Position numbers and translations under genes: made by a program. Positions 25,604 to 34,815 of a stretch of 37,685 bases of DNA are shown here, in pieces. The notes beneath the pieces were generated by a model that worked only from the letters and a program-made list of their open reading frames with translations, had not been told where the DNA came from and searched no databases. Source of the DNA: a virus. Lineage: Duplodnaviria > Caudoviricetes. Numbering within the stretch: the first letter of the stretch is position 1; each line of letters starts with the position of its first letter. The stretch lies in IMG/VR virus record IMGVR_UViG_3300048786_000060, positions 1 to 37,685 of that record. One strand, written 5' to 3'.

Positions 25604-25869
25604 GCATGTTCAAGTTTGAGAACGGGGCGACGGTAAAGGACTCTGTCACTGGGATTCGAGGTATGATAGTGGGGAGAACTGATTGGAGGTTCGGCTGCAA
25701 GAGATACATCGTGCAGCCGATTGAACTGCAAGAAGGCAAGCCGTTAGACCCGGTCAATTTCGATGAACAGCAACTGGTATTGATCAAGCAGTCTTCCGAT
25801 TCAAACCCAGTTGAAGCTGGGGGTGATAGGCCGTCGCCGATGCGTAGCGCATCTCCCACTAGACGGTGA
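25600..25869 (+). CDS. Phage hypothetical protein
   Basis: VKDSVTGIRGMIVGRT...GC.RY.VQP...FDEQQL. Confidence 0.65.
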   Translation: MSMFKFENGATVKDSVTGIRGMIVGRTDWRFGCKRYIVQPIELQEGKPLDPVNFDEQQLVLIKQSSDSNPVEAGGDRPSPMRSASPTRR

Positions 25870-26000
25870 CCATCCATGTCGCGGACGCAGAGGCAGCGCT
25901 GGCAGATTGTCGCGGCGGTGGCCGCAGAAGGGAAGCCATGACGAAAGCACAACGGGCGGACGCGCTGCTATGGGCGGCGAAGATAAGTCTGGAGGAATCC

Positions 26001-26213
26001 ATGACCGATAGATACTATGCTCTGACGGTTGCGCTTGAGCACGACGTGCGTGCTGACGATGCCCAGAGAATTATCGAAGCCATCAAGCGGATACGCGGGG
26101 TGCTGAGTGTCGAAGGCAACGTGTCCGACACGACCAACTGGGTGGCCGAGGAGCGTGTTCGGAGGGAACTTGGGGAGAAGCTATTCGCCGTGATCACAGG
26201 GGGGACGAAGTGA
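26001..26213 (+). CDS. Phage hypothetical protein
   Basis: RBS GGAGG; MTDRYYALTVALEHDVRADDA...IRGVLSV. Confidence 0.65.
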   Translation: MTDRYYALTVALEHDVRADDAQRIIEAIKRIRGVLSVEGNVSDTTNWVAEERVRRELGEKLFAVITGGTK

Positions 26214-27187
26214 ACGGTTGGCAATACGCACGGAAATGCAACGAAAAGGCGGCCGTGCTGCGACTTGCTCAGTCGCAGGCGGAAGAGGCAATGCGGCTGA
26301 TGAGCAAACACATGATCGAGCATAGCCCACTCGGCGCAACGGCTGAAGCGCACCTAGCAATAGAGGACGCCGTGCGGGCCTTGAAGCCGGGTGCTCATAA
26401 TGATTTGCCATTGGCAATCGCGCTGCAATTCTATCCAGGCGATCAATCCAAGGCGCTACGGCTCGCTCGCTTTCTGGCAGACCTAGAACCGGAGTATCGA
26501 GACGACGTGCTGCTGATTTTTGCTGAGAGATTCGATGTCGAGCAGAACTCGGGCCTATCGGCTGCTATACAGCATTGCGCGCGGAAGTTTCCCGTAACCC
26601 AGCTTAGAAGCCAGCGGCCTGGCGCCGGCCACCTCGAAGGATCGTGGGGGCTATTCGCGGGAATCGCGGATCTATGCTATCGCAACTACTGCCACATTTG
26701 GCCCTGGTCCAATGTGTTTTTCGCGGAGGCGGACGGAATACCGCTGCGATGGGATTGGATCGACGTGTTGAAGCGGGCGCATGCTGAGAATCTCGCACGC
26801 GACAAGCGCGTGACTGGGTCTCTAATGGCCGCATATGGTGGTCACGTCGGAGGGTCTCATGTTCATCATTGCTCGTTCTGGGGAGATCATCAAAGCTTGC
26901 AACACTGCCGCAGGGGCTGTGCTTGGGATTTGTTCCACGCTCAGGTGCTGAAAGCAGAACTAGGTTCAGCCCCCGCCATAGCTAATCTCTATGGGGCTCA
27001 GAGTATTAGCCCGAGCGTGTTTCGGACGCTGGGGAACGAATACGGGCATGCCTGGCTGGCAAACGCAAAAGACGAAAGCGCCTGGCAATGTGCCCAGGCG
27101 CTTCTGCCTAACACGGATGCCCGCAGAACACGAAGGCGTCAAGGTTCAGAAAAAAGCGAAGGAGTACACGATGAAAATAGTGACTGA
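26210..27187 (+). CDS. Putative glycosyltransferase-like protein
   Basis: FFAEADGIPLRWDWI resembles a DxD-type motif; adjacent to a second GT-like gene. Confidence 0.45.
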   Translation: MNGWQYARKCNEKAAVLRLAQSQAEEAMRLMSKHMIEHSPLGATAEAHLAIEDAVRALKPGAHNDLPLAIALQFYPGDQSKALRLARFLADLEPEYRDDVLLIFAERFDVEQNSGLSAAIQHCARKFPVTQLRSQRPGAGHLEGSWGLFAGIADLCYRNYCHIWPWSNVFFAEADGIPLRWDWIDVLKRAHAENLARDKRVTGSLMAAYGGHVGGSHVHHCSFWGDHQSLQHCRRGCAWDLFHAQVLKAELGSAPAIANLYGAQSISPSVFRTLGNEYGHAWLANAKDESAWQCAQALLPNTDARRTRRRQGSEKSEGVHDENSD

Positions 27188-27938
27188 CCTTTTCTTGATT
27201 ACGTACCCGCAGGACTACGACTGGTTGCCCTACCTGTTCCGATCCATCGTCAACAATGTCAGCGGGTACGACCGGCTAATCGTGGTCATCGAGGAAGGAC
27301 ACGAGTCGCCCAGGGAGATTCTGCTTGCTCATGGACCGCGCCGGTGGTCGATTGAGCGCTGCCGGGCGTATGCCGGGACGGATTTCCCTGGCTACAGTGG
27401 ACAGGCTATAGAAAAGCTGCGGGCCTGGGAGTACAGCAGCGCCGACCGCGTGCTTATCGTGGATAGCGACTGCGTGTTCACGAGGCCCGTGGATTTGGAG
27501 ACCGACTCGGCGGCCAGCATTGCGAAGCCGATTGTCCTATGGAGAGAATGGAAGGAGGCAGGAGATGCGAATTGCTGGAAGGCGAGCACAGATGAGCTAC
27601 TCGGCTTCGGCGCTCCACACGAAACGATGTGCCGGCATCCGTTCATTTTCCCGACGTGGATGATTCACGAACTATGGGAGCACATTGGGGGAGAAGAGCG
27701 GCTGCTGCAACACAAGACTTTGAGCGATTTCAACCTGATGGGAAACTTCGCGCTGGTGAAACATCCCGAGTTGTTCATCCCGTTGCACTGGCAAGGTCCA
27801 GTCGACAACCACACAGAAACAGCCGGAGCGTTTGTCGGGGATAGCGTGCCGGCTGAGTGGGTGCATCAGTTCTGGAGCCATCACCGGGCAACAAACCCGG
27901 CAGTGCAGAAGGTACTCGGGACGCTGGGGCTGCTGTGA
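27171..27938 (+). CDS. GT-A fold glycosyltransferase-like protein (DUF6492-like)
   Basis: RBS AAGGAG; LITYPQDYDWLPYLFRSI, GYSGQAIEKLRA, DSDCVF, HQFWSH. Confidence 0.65.
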   Translation: MKIVTDLFLITYPQDYDWLPYLFRSIVNNVSGYDRLIVVIEEGHESPREILLAHGPRRWSIERCRAYAGTDFPGYSGQAIEKLRAWEYSSADRVLIVDSDCVFTRPVDLETDSAASIAKPIVLWREWKEAGDANCWKASTDELLGFGAPHETMCRHPFIFPTWMIHELWEHIGGEERLLQHKTLSDFNLMGNFALVKHPELFIPLHWQGPVDNHTETAGAFVGDSVPAEWVHQFWSHHRATNPAVQKVLGTLGLL

Positions 27939-28209
27939 AGATTGGGAGAGCCAAGCGACCGCCGGGGCTTTCGTCTGACGTAGCGTTGCGGATGTGTCTA
28001 CCGTCCGGGCCGGGACCGCGAGAGGCGGCGAAGACCATTGCGGGCCGCATCGCCATGGTCGGTTACTTCAAGCGGCTCGACAAGAAGAACCAGGCTAAAC
28101 TGATGCGGCTGATGACAGGATGGAGAAGTCCCTAGCGATTGCATCTCCTACGGATAGGCATCGGTGACGAAACGATGACGGTGAAGAAGATTGAACGGAG
28201 GTCCAGGAG

Positions 28210-28341
28210 ATGACGATTTGCCCGCATGGCGTATGGCGCGCGTACCGAGTGTGCGAGTTTTGTGATTGGGACGAAGGGCACAACGGCGCTCCTGCGTGGA
28301 TCAGGTTATGGGGCGAAGATGGAGTGTACTGCTGGAGGTGA
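28210..28341 (+). CDS. Small Cys/Trp peptide (43 aa)
   Basis: AGGAG upstream; MTICPHG...CEFC. Confidence 0.3.
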   Translation: MTICPHGVWRAYRVCEFCDWDEGHNGAPAWIRLWGEDGVYCWR

Positions 28342-28756
28342 ACATACTTTGGCAGGGAACGATTCGCATAGGGCTTGACGACATCGACGAAAGCGGTCAC
28401 CATGGTCGGCGGTGCGAATGAATTTCCCCATGACCAAGCCGGCGAGGCAAGCGGACCCTACCGTAGCTGACTGGCGAGTCCCGCGCGCGAGTGGCGCAGG
28501 GGCGGAAACACGGGTTGCCCTCACTGGCTGGGAGACCCGCTCGGGTGGCAGGGGGCGCGCTGGAGACATACGGACGGGGCGCGCAGCTTAGAGCCGCGCT
28601 GACGTTCGGACCTGCTGGCAGATTAGGAGATCTGGCCAGGGTTGAAGTTAAGAGAGAGCCCATATTGTGGGTTGCGCGGAGTCAAAGACAATATGGCTTG
28701 ACTTTCGGCGCGGGGAAGCCGACGCTTGAAGGCATCGCGCGCGCGCGTCGTAGAAC

Positions 28757-29077
28757 ATGAACCGAACCCGCGACATTCGAGAAATCATCGAGTCAGGCGT
28801 GGAAGCACTGGCCGAGACGATGGACATGCTGCGCGCTGTTCCAGCTGACGACCGGCTGGACCAAGTCTATCTCAAGGGTCTCACGGCCTGCACCCGCGCT
28901 GCCGTTGAAATCGCGAAGGACCAGCGCGACTGCGCCGACTTCCTGGCGCGCCAGAAGCTTGACGAGGCGTCACTGAACAAGTTGCTTCGTGAACATCTGG
29001 CGAAGATGCCGCCCGAGCAGCTGGCGGAATTGCTGCCGCGGTTTGGCGATGCGACGCCACCGGAGAAGCACGCGTGA
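28757..29077 (+). CDS. Helical protein, candidate terminase small subunit
   Basis: Position upstream of TerL; helical 106 aa; no diagnostic motif. Confidence 0.4.
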   Translation: MNRTRDIREIIESGVEALAETMDMLRAVPADDRLDQVYLKGLTACTRAAVEIAKDQRDCADFLARQKLDEASLNKLLREHLAKMPPEQLAELLPRFGDATPPEKHA

Positions 29078-29496
29078 GTGAGTTCGCGATTCGCCCGGCC
29101 GGCCCTGACGACATGGCGTTTGTGATCGACGCTTGGCTTGAGGGCTATTGGATGGATGGCCCGTTCTCGCTCGTGATGCCAAAGTCCATGTGGTGGCCGC
29201 GCTGGCATCGCGTGATCGAGAATATCCTGACCGACGAACGCACCCGCACGGTCATCGCGTGCCTGGAAGAGCGGCCGGACCAGCTGATGGGCTTTGCGTG
29301 CAGTAGGCCCCCGGACATCCTGCACTGGGTGTACGTCAAGCAGGCGTTTCGTGGGAATGGGATAGCGATAGAGCTTCTAGACGTGGAGCTTCCCGCGAGG
29401 TGCAGCCACTGGACGGTAAAGGCGAATCGCTTCAACTGGCATCAGTCGGAATGTTGGAGCTACGACCCTGCCATCATCAAGGAATACCAACCATGA
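29074..29496 (+). CDS. GNAT-family acetyltransferase
   Basis: IRPAGPDD...LHWVYVKQAFRGNGIA (acetyl-CoA-binding motif A). Confidence 0.8.
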   Translation: MSEFAIRPAGPDDMAFVIDAWLEGYWMDGPFSLVMPKSMWWPRWHRVIENILTDERTRTVIACLEERPDQLMGFACSRPPDILHWVYVKQAFRGNGIAIELLDVELPARCSHWTVKANRFNWHQSECWSYDPAIIKEYQP

Positions 29497-29792
29497 TCAA
29501 GGTGACGTCGATCCGCTGGGGTGCCAACGTGGAGCTGCGCGGGCGAGAATCGCAGCGCAGGGTCGAGGGCGATGGCATCCTGTACGACGAGCACACCGGG
29601 AACGTCGAGGTTGACGACGGTGGATGCCGGGCTATCGTGGTGCCACCGCAGGGGACGGTGATTGTGCTGGGAGAACGGTTGCAGGATGGCATGCACGCGA
29701 AATCACCCGAATTGAAAGCAGTCATTGAACCCCCTCGAAGTCCAGCTAGCCCTGACCCTCCGTCAGCGCGCCCAATCAAAACGCGCCGCTAA
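29493..29792 (+). CDS. Hypothetical protein
   Basis: ATGA overlap, RBS AAGGA. Confidence 0.5.
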   Translation: MIKVTSIRWGANVELRGRESQRRVEGDGILYDEHTGNVEVDDGGCRAIVVPPQGTVIVLGERLQDGMHAKSPELKAVIEPPRSPASPDPPSARPIKTRR

Positions 29793-31143
29793 GTTCAGCG
29801 CGGAGGCTATCTGCTTCGACGAGCAACGGGCCTGGGTTCGTGACGACTCGCCATTTGCCGTAGCATGCACGACTCGCCGAAGCGGAAAGACCTTTGGCGA
29901 TGGGACGGCTCTACTCGTGACGGCGCTAGGTGAGCCGAACGTCACGTGTATCTACGCGGCGCAGACCCGCGGTGTTGCCGAGGAGCTAATGTGGCGGCAT
30001 CTCAAGATGGAAAATGAAGCGTTTGCACTTGGTGGCGTCACCAACGAAAGCAGACTGATCTTCACGTTGCCGAACGGCAGCCGCATTCGGCTGGGCGGCG
30101 CCAAGGATCGCAAGGAAGCCGACAAGTTCCGCGGTGTCAGCAAAGTAAAGTTGGCCATTGTCGATGAGGCGCAGAATTTCCGTTCGTCGGTGTTGAGCTA
30201 TTTGATCGATGACATCCTAGAGCCCGCCATGCTCGACGTGGACGGACGCATGCGGTTGTCGGGCACTCCCGGACCGCTCGCCGCTGGGTATTTCCACGAC
30301 GCCTGCCACAACCCGAACATTCCGCGGTACTTCTGGACGCTCCACGAAAACAAGCACCTCGGGATGGACCCGCAGCTTTTTCTCAAACGAATTCGTGAAC
30401 GGCGCAACATCACCGAGGCAGACCCGACGTATCAGCGAGAATACTTGGGGCGCTGGGTACGAGATGAGAACGTGCTTGTTTTCAGGTACTGCCCATCGGC
30501 GGAGTACGAAAACGCCCCGGTTGGCGGCGGAAAGTGGAATTACTGCATCGGCGTCGACCTAGGCTTCGAAGACCGCGACGCCATCGCGGTTGGAGGCTGG
30601 CGCACCGGTGAGAGGACGGTCTACCTGCTGGAGGAACACCAGGCGCCAAAGCAGACCATCACGAAGCTTGCCGAACAAGTCGCGCCACTGGTCGAGAAGT
30701 ACCGGCCACGCAAGAGCGTGTGGGACTTCGGCGGGTTGGGGAAGAAGATCGCCGAGGAGGTGCGGAGTAGATGGCCCATGCCAGTCGAGGCAGCCGATAA
30801 GACCCGCAAGCTAGAGCACATCGAGCTGCTCAACAGCGCGATGCTGGCTGGGGCATTCAAGGCGCGCAAGGGTGGCCCGTTCGCCGAGGATTGCGAGCTT
30901 GTGCAATGGGATCAGGACGCGCGCGCTAAGGGAATCCGCAAGGTGGCTGACGACTACCACAGCGACATCACCGACGCGGTCCTATACATGTATCGGGCGT
31001 GCCGGGCCTTCATGGAGCGCGAAGAGGAGCCGTGCGATGCGAACTACCATGAGCCAACTGAATTCACGCGTAGGCAGATGGACGAGCAGAATCGGTTCAG
31101 GGGGCGAGACCCACTAGGCGTTGCGCTCGGGTTCGACGACTAG
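29725..31143 (+). CDS. terL: Terminase large subunit
   Basis: RRSGKT (Walker A), AIVDEAQ (Walker B), LSGTP, YQREYLG, GVDLG nuclease motif, DITDA. Confidence 0.9.
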   Translation: MNPLEVQLALTLRQRAQSKRAAKFSAEAICFDEQRAWVRDDSPFAVACTTRRSGKTFGDGTALLVTALGEPNVTCIYAAQTRGVAEELMWRHLKMENEAFALGGVTNESRLIFTLPNGSRIRLGGAKDRKEADKFRGVSKVKLAIVDEAQNFRSSVLSYLIDDILEPAMLDVDGRMRLSGTPGPLAAGYFHDACHNPNIPRYFWTLHENKHLGMDPQLFLKRIRERRNITEADPTYQREYLGRWVRDENVLVFRYCPSAEYENAPVGGGKWNYCIGVDLGFEDRDAIAVGGWRTGERTVYLLEEHQAPKQTITKLAEQVAPLVEKYRPRKSVWDFGGLGKKIAEEVRSRWPMPVEAADKTRKLEHIELLNSAMLAGAFKARKGGPFAEDCELVQWDQDARAKGIRKVADDYHSDITDAVLYMYRACRAFMEREEEPCDANYHEPTEFTRRQMDEQNRFRGRDPLGVALGFDD

Positions 31144-31349
31144 GGCCGCTTCCCTTCCGCGTCTCGCTTCTCGATCATTTCGGCCACCCGATACGCGAAG
31201 TACGGATGTACCGGCAGCCCTCCCGCCGCCGCCTTGATGGTTTGTCGGCAGCACCCAAAGATGCGGGCGGCGCCTGACTTGTTTTTGGCCGCGACGATGG
31301 CGGCAAGGCGCCTTTGGTGTGCCTCGGGCAATGGTTGGTAGTTAATCAT
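31140..31349 (-). CDS. Small HTH-like protein, antisense within the packaging region
   Basis: SGAARIFGCCRQTIKAAA; TTGACA upstream on the minus strand. Confidence 0.55.
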   Translation of the reverse strand: MINYQPLPEAHQRRLAAIVAAKNKSGAARIFGCCRQTIKAAAGGLPVHPYFAYRVAEMIEKRDAEGKRP

Positions 31350-31430
31350 CGGTAGCTAGTTAACATAAAACCATCGCCCGCTGTCAAGCAATTAGTGCGA
31401 GGCGTCCGCAGTTCATGCGACCCTATGGGC

Positions 31431-31709
31431 ATGCGCGTTGGCCAGCTCCGTAGCCTGTTGCAGGTTCTGCGGGCCAATGGCGTGACGGAGTACCAGGGCG
31501 TCGACGGTAAGGGCACGGTGACGCTCAAGCTGACTGGCGCCGTGGCGCCGCAACCGGTGGCGAAGGGCAAGGCCGCAAAGCCTGAGCCGCCGCTTTCTGA
31601 GGCTGGTCGTGTCATGCAGCAGCTCCAGACGCCCGAGGCCGTCGATATGCTGAAGAAACTCGGCGTCCCCGCTGAGACGATGGCAGATGCGCTGGTGGGG
31701 CTTAGCTGA
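31431..31709 (+). CDS. Hypothetical protein preceding the portal
   Basis: LRSLLQVLRANGVTEY; stop overlaps the portal start. Confidence 0.6.
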   Translation: MRVGQLRSLLQVLRANGVTEYQGVDGKGTVTLKLTGAVAPQPVAKGKAAKPEPPLSEAGRVMQQLQTPEAVDMLKKLGVPAETMADALVGLS

Positions 31710-33736
31710 TGGCGCGCAGGCTAAAGATCCCAGGCCGCCTCACGTATCGTATGCCTCACTCGACCGGCACGACGGCCGCCAACGGCGACGCCATGGGGAA
31801 TCATGGCCGATGGTGGGACATCGAGGACGAGGACAAGGCGCGTGCCTGTGCGCTCGACTGCTGGCGGCTACTGATTTCCTGCCACACCACCCGGCTGCTG
31901 AAGGATGCGCTCCACCAGGCACTCTATGATGGCGAGCCGCCCTACTGGCTTGGTTCGATGGTTCCTGGATCGCCGCTGCTTTATCAGGCGTCCAGCACCA
32001 TCGACGGCTACACGAAGGCGCGCGCGAACGTGATTCGGCGTTGTGTCGACACTGCGGCGTCGATGATCGCCAAGAACGTGGTGCAGATTTCCTGCTTGAC
32101 CGACGGTGGCTCATGGAGACTCCAGAAGAAAGCTCGGCAGAGAAGCAAGTTCATCAACGGGTTGTTGCGCGAGATGGACTTTCATTCTGCCCAGCAATGG
32201 GCGTTCGTCGACGGGATGCTGACCCGTTCTGGCGGCATGGTAAAGTTGTGGATCGACCGGGAGAACAAGACGATCCGTTGCGGGCGCCGTCACTGCACCA
32301 ACTTTGCTTGGAATGAAGCCGAGGGGCGCAATTTGCGAAACCTCTACGAGTGCACGCCTACTAGCCGAGATGAACTTCGGTTGCAGTTTTCCAAGATGGC
32401 CAAGGAAATCGACGGAGCGAAGGCATCGGAATATCGAGCCAATCAGGCATATAAGCGCCTTCAGGCAAACGATACCATCGCCGACATGGTTGACTTGTAC
32501 GACTGTTACCACCTGGGCATCAGCGCCGAGAAGCCAGGCCGCAGAATTCTCGCCCTGAATAACGTCACGCTGGTCGATGAGCCGTGGGAGTTAAGCAAGT
32601 TCCCCTACCCGCGCTTCTGCTGGGACAACGCGGACACGGGCTGGCAGGGGCGCCCGGCGAGTGACACCCTGATCGGGTATCACTACGAGGTCGGGAAGAC
32701 GATGCGGAAGATCGCGCGCGGGCAGAGCCTGGCGTGTATTCCGCGCGTGTCGATTGAGCTGGGGAGCGAAGTCCAGGAAGACGAATTGACGAACGAAATC
32801 GGCGGCGTCATGCACCATAGGGGGAACCCGCCCGTTTTCGGTCCCGCTAGCGCATTCCCGCCCGAGGTGTATCACTATCTCGATTGGCTGATCGAACAGG
32901 CGATGGCGGACGTTGGGATCAACCAGATGCAGAGCCAAGGGCTGAAGCCAGCGGGGATTGATGCCGCGGTCGCGATACGCGAATACAACGACGTCGGGAA
33001 TACGCGCCAGATCACGAAGGGGCAACGGTTGGAACGACAGACCGAGGACGCGGCCGAAATCATCATGTACCTCGGGAGCAAGCTGGCCAAGGAAGACAAG
33101 GCGTTCTCCGTCCAGGCATTGGGCGCCGGATCCTACAACAAGATCGCATGGTCAGACGTCAACGGCGACGACAACGACATCCGCATCCACAGCGACCCAG
33201 TGAGCGCGCTACCGTCAACTACGGCGGGGAAGATTCAGACTGTCACTGACCTGATCAAGGGCGGCCTACTTCCCCCTGAGGAAGTACAGGGCGGCCTGGC
33301 GCTAAAGCTGCTCAACTTTCCTGACCTCGAAAAGATCATCACAATGGAGACGGCTAACCGTGAGCTAGCGGAAATGCAGGTCGACCTTGCACTCTACGAG
33401 GGCAAGTACCTGGCGCCAGAGCCGTATCAGTCCAGCACCGGGCTGAAGCTACTCAAGACGCTAGCATGCCGCCAATACTTCGTGGCGTTGGGGCTTGACG
33501 ATGTCCCGCCCAAGCATATGGACTTGCTACGTCGACTGATGAGCGAGGCCGATAGCCTCGACCAGCGGCTACAGGCGCCAGCACAGACCGTAGCCATCGA
33601 CCAGCCGATTGCGACGCCACCGCCGCCTGCGCGTCCCATGCTGCAACAGTCGGAGATAGCGCCTCCCATCGTGCCAAGCCCGGGGGCCCCCGGTGGCGAG
33701 CCGATGCCGGCGCCTACGCAGGGAGGGCCGCAGTGA
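31709..33736 (+). CDS. Portal protein
   Basis: 675 aa between TerL and scaffold/capsid; NVIRRCVDT, GINQMQSQG.KPAGIDAAVAIREY; Pro/Gln-rich tail. Confidence 0.8.
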   Translation: MARRLKIPGRLTYRMPHSTGTTAANGDAMGNHGRWWDIEDEDKARACALDCWRLLISCHTTRLLKDALHQALYDGEPPYWLGSMVPGSPLLYQASSTIDGYTKARANVIRRCVDTAASMIAKNVVQISCLTDGGSWRLQKKARQRSKFINGLLREMDFHSAQQWAFVDGMLTRSGGMVKLWIDRENKTIRCGRRHCTNFAWNEAEGRNLRNLYECTPTSRDELRLQFSKMAKEIDGAKASEYRANQAYKRLQANDTIADMVDLYDCYHLGISAEKPGRRILALNNVTLVDEPWELSKFPYPRFCWDNADTGWQGRPASDTLIGYHYEVGKTMRKIARGQSLACIPRVSIELGSEVQEDELTNEIGGVMHHRGNPPVFGPASAFPPEVYHYLDWLIEQAMADVGINQMQSQGLKPAGIDAAVAIREYNDVGNTRQITKGQRLERQTEDAAEIIMYLGSKLAKEDKAFSVQALGAGSYNKIAWSDVNGDDNDIRIHSDPVSALPSTTAGKIQTVTDLIKGGLLPPEEVQGGLALKLLNFPDLEKIITMETANRELAEMQVDLALYEGKYLAPEPYQSSTGLKLLKTLACRQYFVALGLDDVPPKHMDLLRRLMSEADSLDQRLQAPAQTVAIDQPIATPPPPARPMLQQSEIAPPIVPSPGAPGGEPMPAPTQGGPQ

Positions 33737-33924
33737 TGTTACGCCCGTCGTATTGGTTTCGTTGGGGGTCGCCCCTCGTGGTGAACGGCGTGGAGTGTAA
33801 CAAGCCTCGGCAGGTTGTGCTGACAGACGATGAACGCGCCATATTCCGCATTGGATTCACCATGTGTGGGATGGAGGCTGCGGGCGAATTCCAGGAAAGC
33901 GAGAACAATTATGGGATGGTTTGA
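33733..33924 (+). CDS. Small hypothetical protein
   Basis: GTGA overlap with the portal. Confidence 0.4.
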   Translation: MMLRPSYWFRWGSPLVVNGVECNKPRQVVLTDDERAIFRIGFTMCGMEAAGEFQESENNYGMV

Positions 33925-34630
33925 CACTGAGAATGAGAATAGGAGGACCGTCACTTCGACTCCTCAAGGACCACCGCCTCCACCGAGCACTGGATTGACA
34001 GGTCAAGGACCACCTCCGCGACAATTCGCGACATCACCACCGCCTCCACCGAGCACTGGATTGACAGGTCAAGGACCACCTCCGCGACAACAGCCGGGGT
34101 TTCTGCAACAATTGACAGGTCAAGGACCACCTCCGCAACAACAGCCGGGGTTTCTGCAACAATTGACAGGTCAAGGACCACCTCCGCAACAATTCGCGAC
34201 ATCACCAAGACCGCAGCAGTTTGCGCAACAGCCGCAGTTTCTGCAACAGTTTGCGCAATCCCCATGGGGAGGTCCGCAGAACGTCAATCAGGCGCGTCCT
34301 CAACAACAACAATCGATGCAGGGTCCGCAGCAATCTCCATGGGGAGGTCCGCAGAACGTCAATCAGGCGCGTCCTCAACAACAACAATCGATGCAGGGTC
34401 CGCAGCAATCTCCATGGGGAGGTCAAGCTCCCTTTCAGCGCATGTTCGCCCAGGCGCCGTGGCAGACGCAGGGTCCGCAGCTAGGCGGTGGGATGGGAGG
34501 ACAGCAGATGCAGGGTCCGCAGCAATCTCCATGGGGAGCTGTGCAGAACCAGGCCCAACAGCAGGCGTTCCCAGCTCAAGCAGCCATAGATCAATTTGGG
34601 CTAGGTAGCAGGATGGGGGGACAGTGGTGA
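33911..34630 (+). CDS. Gln/Pro/Gly-rich low-complexity repeat protein (239 aa)
   Basis: Repeats with 66-, 51- and 75-nt periods encoding LTGQGPPP and QGPQQSPWGG; all periods preserve frame. Confidence 0.65.
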   Translation: MGWFDTENENRRTVTSTPQGPPPPPSTGLTGQGPPPRQFATSPPPPPSTGLTGQGPPPRQQPGFLQQLTGQGPPPQQQPGFLQQLTGQGPPPQQFATSPRPQQFAQQPQFLQQFAQSPWGGPQNVNQARPQQQQSMQGPQQSPWGGPQNVNQARPQQQQSMQGPQQSPWGGQAPFQRMFAQAPWQTQGPQLGGGMGGQQMQGPQQSPWGAVQNQAQQQAFPAQAAIDQFGLGSRMGGQW

Positions 34631-34815
34631 GCAAGGGATATAAAAATCAGCACCGCATGAGTACCACCATCCACTCGCGGCCCATCACGCCCGAATACGC
34701 GAAGGGCTGGGAGCGGACGTTCGGGCGCGCCTCCAGGGAGAAGCGTCTTGCCCAGATACCAGACCTGGAGCCCATCATTGACCGAATCCAGGACAACAGG
34801 AGCACCAATGGCTGA
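34624..34815 (+). CDS. Small hypothetical protein
   Basis: HSRPITPEYAKGWERTFG motif. Confidence 0.5.
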   Translation: MVSKGYKNQHRMSTTIHSRPITPEYAKGWERTFGRASREKRLAQIPDLEPIIDRIQDNRSTNG

